From an uncultured Chloroflexia bacterium (GTDB taxonomy: Bacteria; Chloroflexota; Limnocylindria; QHBO01): a stretch of 64,000 nt of DNA. Below are positions 59,945 through 64,000 of this stretch, piece after piece. The stretch spans positions 128,001 through 192,000 of the forward strand of contig CAWFCQ010000003.1 of NCBI GenBank assembly GCA_963814375.1, in the 5' to 3' direction. Within the stretch, counting starts at the first letter, position 1. The number at the start of each line of letters is the position of its first letter. Position numbers and translations under genes: made by a program. The notes under the pieces are model-generated. The model saw nothing but the letters and a program-made list of their open reading frames with translations, was not told where the DNA came from and searched no databases.

Positions 59945-61186
59945 ATGAGCCGCGTCATCGACACCCTGGCGCCCCCGCGCCTCGGCGTCGGGTTCCGCTG
60001 GTTGCTCGCCTCGTCATGGATCAGCAACCTCGGCGACGGCATCGCCATCGCGGCAGGACCCCTGCTCGTCGCGTCGCTCACGGACGACGCGTTCCTCATC
60101 GCGCTCGCCGCGATGGTCCAGTGGCTCCCCCAGCTGCTCTTCGCGCTCTTCGCCGGGGCGCTGTCCGATCGCCTCGACCGACGCTCGATCGTGGTGACCG
60201 TCGACATCATTCGCGCCGGAGTGCTGGCGATCATCGCCACCTCGATCGTGACTGGCACCGTCTCGATCGGCGTCGTGCTGGTCGCCCTCTTCGTCGTGTC
60301 GACCGCCGAGGTGTTCGCCGACAACGCGTCGCAGACGTTGCTTCCGATGCTCGTGCGCCGCGAGGATCTCGTGCTGGCGAACGGGCGGATCCAGGCCGGC
60401 TTCGTGACGATCAACCAGCTCGCCGGCCCGCCCATCGGCGCGGCGCTGTTCGTGATCGGGACGTCCCTGCCGTTCATCGGCCAGGCGATCCTGGTCGCCG
60501 CCGGTGCCGCCCTGGTGAGCCGCATCGCCCTGCCGGCGCATCGCCGTGATCCGGAGATGCGGAGCGCCGTCCGCCACGAGATCGCGGAGGGCTTCCGATG
60601 GGTCCGTCACCACGCCGCGGTCCGCACGCTGGTGCTGACGATCTTCATCTTCAACATCACCTTCGGCGCCGCCTGGTCGGTGCTGGTCCTGTACGCGGCG
60701 GAGCGGCTCGGGCTGGGCGAGATCGGATTTGGGCTGCTCACAACTGTCTCGGCGGCAGGCGGCCTGTTGGGGACGGTCACCTACGGGTGGATCACGCGAC
60801 GCGTCAGCCTCGGCAACATCATGCGCATCGGGCTCATCGTCGAGACCCTCACCCACCTTGGCCTGGCCATCACGACCGTCCCCGTGGTCGCTGCGGCGAT
60901 CTTCTTCGTGTTCGGCGTCCACGCCTTCGTGTGGGGCACGACCTCGGTGGCCGTCCGGCAGCGAGCGGTCCCGACGGAGCTCCAGGGTCGCGTCGGCAGC
61001 GTGAACACCGTCGGCGTCTTCGGTGGCCTGGTCGTCGGCTCGGCCCTGGGCGGCCTGCTTGCCCAGCGCTTCGGCGTCACGGCGCCGTTCTGGTTCGCCT
61101 TCGCCGGCTCAGCCGTCTTCCTGGTCGCGATCTGGGGTCAGCTGAGGCACATCGCCCACGCCGACGACCCCCCGGAGGATGGCTAG
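59945..61186 (+). CDS. MFS transporter (MFS_3-like)
   Basis: ISNLGDG, GALSDRLDRR and VPTELQGRV motifs; multi-TM. Confidence 0.9.
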   Translation: MSRVIDTLAPPRLGVGFRWLLASSWISNLGDGIAIAAGPLLVASLTDDAFLIALAAMVQWLPQLLFALFAGALSDRLDRRSIVVTVDIIRAGVLAIIATSIVTGTVSIGVVLVALFVVSTAEVFADNASQTLLPMLVRREDLVLANGRIQAGFVTINQLAGPPIGAALFVIGTSLPFIGQAILVAAGAALVSRIALPAHRRDPEMRSAVRHEIAEGFRWVRHHAAVRTLVLTIFIFNITFGAAWSVLVLYAAERLGLGEIGFGLLTTVSAAGGLLGTVTYGWITRRVSLGNIMRIGLIVETLTHLGLAITTVPVVAAAIFFVFGVHAFVWGTTSVAVRQRAVPTELQGRVGSVNTVGVFGGLVVGSALGGLLAQRFGVTAPFWFAFAGSAVFLVAIWGQLRHIAHADDPPEDG

Positions 61187-62308
61187 GCCGCGGGGGCCGG
61201 ATCCCCCTCGCCGACGCGCGAGCGCAGGTACCCCTCGATGAACGCGTCGAGGTCGCCGTCGAGGACCGCGCTCGGGTTCGACGTCTCGACGCCGGTGCGG
61301 AGGTCCTTGACCATCGTGTAGGGCTGGAGCACGTAGCTGCGGATCTGGTTGCCCCAGCCGGCCTCGACGTGCTCGCCGCGCAGCCGGGCCATCTCGGCCT
61401 CTCGCTCCTCCATCTGGCGCTCGATGAGCTTGGCGCGCAGCACGGCCATCGCCCGATCGCGGTTCTGGTGCTGGCTGCGCTCGCTCTGCACGGCGACGAC
61501 GATGCCCGTCGGGTTGTGGGTGATGCGCACCGCGGAGTCGGTCTTGTTGACATGCTGGCCGCCGGCCCCGCTGGAGCGATAGGTATCCACCCGCAGGTCC
61601 TTCTCGTCGATCTCGACCGCGGCGTCCTCCGGGACCTCGGGCATCACCTCGACGAGGGCGAAGCTCGTGTGCCGCCGCTTCTGCGAGTCGTATGGGCTGA
61701 TCCGCACCAGCCGATGCACCCCCCGCTCGCTGCGCAGGTTGCCGTACGCCCAGCGGCCGTCGATCGAGAACGAGACGGATTTCAGGCCGGCCTCTTCGCC
61801 CTCGGTCGCCTCGAGGATCTCGGTCCGGAAGCGCCGCGTCTCCGCCCAGCGCAGGTACATGCGCAGCAGCATCTCGGCCCAGTCCTGGCTCTCCGTGCCG
61901 CCGGCGCCCGCATGGACCGATACGATCGCGCCGCGCTCGTCGAAGGGCTCTCCGAGGAGCAGCTGCTGCTCCATGCGGCCCCAATCGGCCTGGAGCGCGG
62001 CGAGGTCCCGCTCGAGGTCCGGCAGGAGCGTTGCCGCCGCCTCCGGATCGGCGGCCGCCATCTCGGCCATCTCGGCCAGACCGTCGGCGCGCTGCGCGAG
62101 CTCGCGCCAGGTCTGGATGCCCGAGCGCAGCTCCTCGGCGCGTCGCATGATCGCCTGAGCCTCCGCCGGATCGTTCCAGAGGTCGGGGTCGGCGGAGCGC
62201 TCCGTCAGCTCGGCGAGCTCGGCCTCGTCGCGAGCGTGGTCAAAGGCGCACCGCGGTGTCGCGCACGAGGCCGGCCAGCCGCCGCGCCTCGTCCCTAATT
62301 GCGTCCAA
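61183..62308 (-). CDS. prfB: Peptide chain release factor 2 with programmed +1 frameshift
   Basis: TTG start, 22 codons, then CTT TGA C at 62245-62239; SPY at the SPF position; GGQ motif. Confidence 0.96.
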
Positions 62309-62594
62309 CGGCCGCCACCATCGGGAGCTCGGCCATCTCGGCCAGCCGGTTCTGCTTGGTGCGGACCTTCGCCGGGTTCACGCAGGGGCAGTAGCTCTGA
62401 CGCGGGCAGACGCCGCAGTTGCCGTCGCAGTCGAGCGTCGCGGCGTAGCTGCAGCGCATGCAGTCACGCTCGCACATGATCAAGTCTTCGTAGGGTTGGT
62501 TGGGGTCTCGGAAGCGGGTGACCGGTGGGAGGTGGGCCGCCGTGCTCACCGGGAGCGGGACGGAGACCCTGGGAGGTGCGGTCAGTTGCTTCAA
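62295..62594 (-). CDS. 99-aa Cys-rich protein overlapping the prfB start
   Basis: GGAGG SD 6 nt before TTG 62594; eight Cys in CERDCMRC...CDGNCGVC...CPC. Confidence 0.65.
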   Translation of the reverse strand: MKQLTAPPRVSVPLPVSTAAHLPPVTRFRDPNQPYEDLIMCERDCMRCSYAATLDCDGNCGVCPRQSYCPCVNPAKVRTKQNRLAEMAELPMVAAVGRN

Positions 62595-62933
62595 CGATTC
62601 CCTCCACCTTGCGGAGATCGCGGGCCTCTCCGTGCCACACGATCGTTGCTCAACCATCCTAGCGAGCCGACCGGATATGGCAACCCCCCACGCTCGGCTC
62701 GAGCGTGGATAACGTGTGGAGAGTTGGCTTGTTCTCGCCGACCGTCAGCGTGGCGCGCGTATGACAAACCGGTCACCCGCAGCCTTGACTGCTGCCCTGG
62801 TGGTCGTTAGCGGGATCCACGCCGTCAAGACCACATCCACGCTCATGATCAGCCCGCGAAAGCCGCTCAGAGCTCGCTAACGCGCACCAGACGCGCATTT
62901 TGGCAGGGTCCCGGTGGCCATCCCCTCTCACCG

Positions 62934-63049
62934 CCGATCTATCGGACAGAAATTCACATGAGCCACAGCTCCGGTGAAGGCATGGCTCACGTATCGGTCA
63001 ATCCTTCACGTGAGCAGGCGGGCTGGTGAAGTCCTGACCGATTTATCGG
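62934..63049 (+). repeat. 116-bp dispersed element B, copy 2
   Basis: CCGATCTATCGG...CCGATTTATCGG ends; imperfect 24-nt terminal inverted repeats. Confidence 0.87.
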
Positions 63050-63056
63050 TCCGCCG

Positions 63057-63253
63057 AGGCGGCGAGAACCCGGTCGACCGTCAGGTGCTGACGTGCGTCA
63101 CGGTTGGGCTCGGCAGCCGGTCCTGCGCGCCGCCGGGCAGAAGGGCCGGACTCGCAGCAATCACGCCAAGGCGGCGAGAATCCCATCGACCGTCAGGTGC
63201 CGATGCGGGTCACGGTTGGGCTCGGCAGCCGGTCCTGCCCGCCCGCCGGGCAG
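63057..63253 (+). repeat. Direct repeat, two ~85-bp units with 112-bp period
   Basis: AGGCGGCGAGAA...TCGACCGTCAGGTGC...GTCACGGTTGGGCTCGGCAGCCGGTCCTGC at 63057 and 63169. Confidence 0.9.
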
Positions 63254-63299
63254 GCCGGGCGGACGAGCCTCCCCACGCCCTACATCTACCCCTGAGCGA

Positions 63300-64000
63300 T
63301 CAGGCCCCGTGGCACTTCTTGTACTTCTTGCCGGACCCGCACCAGCAGGGCTCGTTGCGTCCGAGCTTGGGTCCGGCGCGGACCGGCTCGCGCGCTCCGC
63401 CGTTCTCGCCGTTGCCGCCCGGCGAGCTCGCCTCGACCGGCTCGGTTCCACCAACCGGCGCGCGACCCTCGGTGACGTTGCGCGCGACGGCGTGCTGGTG
63501 GGGCTGCTGCTGGACGCTGACCCGGAAGATCGTGTGAGTCACGTCGTGGCGGATGGTCGACTTGAGCTCGTCGAACATCCGATAGGCCTCGATCTTGAAC
63601 TCGTTCAGCGGATCGCGCTGCGAGTACGCCCGCAGGCCGATGCCGCGGCGCATGTCGTCCACCGCGGTGAGGTGCTCGACCCACAGCGAATCGATCACGC
63701 GCAGGAGCACCAGGCGCTCGAGCACGCCGATGCCGGTATCGCCGGTCGAGGTGCGCTTCGACTCGTACCGCTCGCGGACGAGCTCCGTCAGCTGCTGGGT
63801 GATCGCCTCCGGATCGCGGAGCTCGTCGAGCGGCCGCAGGTCGGCGGCGGTAAGGGTGGGAACCATCGTGGTGAGCTGCGTGCGCAGGCCCTCGAGATTC
63901 CAGTCGTCGGCGTGATCGGCGGCCGTGTGCTCACTGACGAGTGCCGCCACCTCGTCGTCGAGCATCGCCTCGACCGTCGGACCGAGATTGGACGAGCGCA
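63300..64000 (-). CDS. secA: Preprotein translocase SecA, C-terminal part (truncated by window edge)
   Basis: [22 protein letters not shown] and SEC-C motif [19 protein letters not shown]. Confidence 0.97.
   Translation of the reverse strand, partial: RSSNLGPTVEAMLDDEVAALVSEHTAADHADDWNLEGLRTQLTTMVPTLTAADLRPLDELRDPEAITQQLTELVRERYESKRTSTGDTGIGVLERLVLLRVIDSLWVEHLTAVDDMRRGIGLRAYSQRDPLNEFKIEAYRMFDELKSTIRHDVTHTIFRVSVQQQPHQHAVARNVTEGRAPVGGTEPVEASSPGGNGENGGAREPVRAGPKLGRNEPCWCGSGKKYKKCHGA

Noticed and set aside
62806-62881. GTTAGCG...CGCTAAC inverted repeat resembling an integron attC site
   Set aside because: Boxes are in the reverse order to attC (RYYYAAC...GTTRRRY), and there is no integrase or cassette array
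63002-63017. parS-like TTCACGTGA
   Set aside because: Flanks do not match TGTTTCACGTGAAACA, and the core is not conserved in the other copy of element B
63057-63253. Possible CRISPR array
   Set aside because: Only two ~85-bp imperfect units, too long for CRISPR repeats, and no cas genes

Overview
High-GC bacterial chromosome segment around the replication origin. DnaA/DnaN sequence style, a frameshifted prfB and a monoderm-type YidC suggest Chloroflexota; this is inferred, not confirmed by a search. In order: nuoJ-N; otsA with convergent otsB; a sortase-fold protein; MFS plus a degenerate ABC unit; a phosphatidylinositol-mannoside-like lipid operon (arsR, PIP synthase, ino1, two acyltransferases, PHP phosphatase, pimA); a STAND-type adenylate cyclase; an ABC-2 exporter plus three tandem double-GNATs behind a leader-peptide attenuator; LiaF-like/PspC genes; a protein-glycosylation locus (GT-C/PMT fusion, DUF2723, GT2); dciA-recF-dnaN-oriC-dnaA; rpmH-rnpA-yidD-yidC-jag; a 9-GAF hybrid kinase-Hpt-REC/cyclase relay; tmRNA, smpB, S41 protease, ftsXE, MFS, prfB and the 3' end of secA. 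Non-coding highlights are dispersed elements built from CGAT-NN-ATCG palindromes spaced 50-52 bp apart and a promoter-SD-sORF-terminator unit upstream of smpB. About a dozen single-base frameshifts in seven genes look like assembly errors. I found no CRISPR array, rRNA, tRNA, transposase or integrase.
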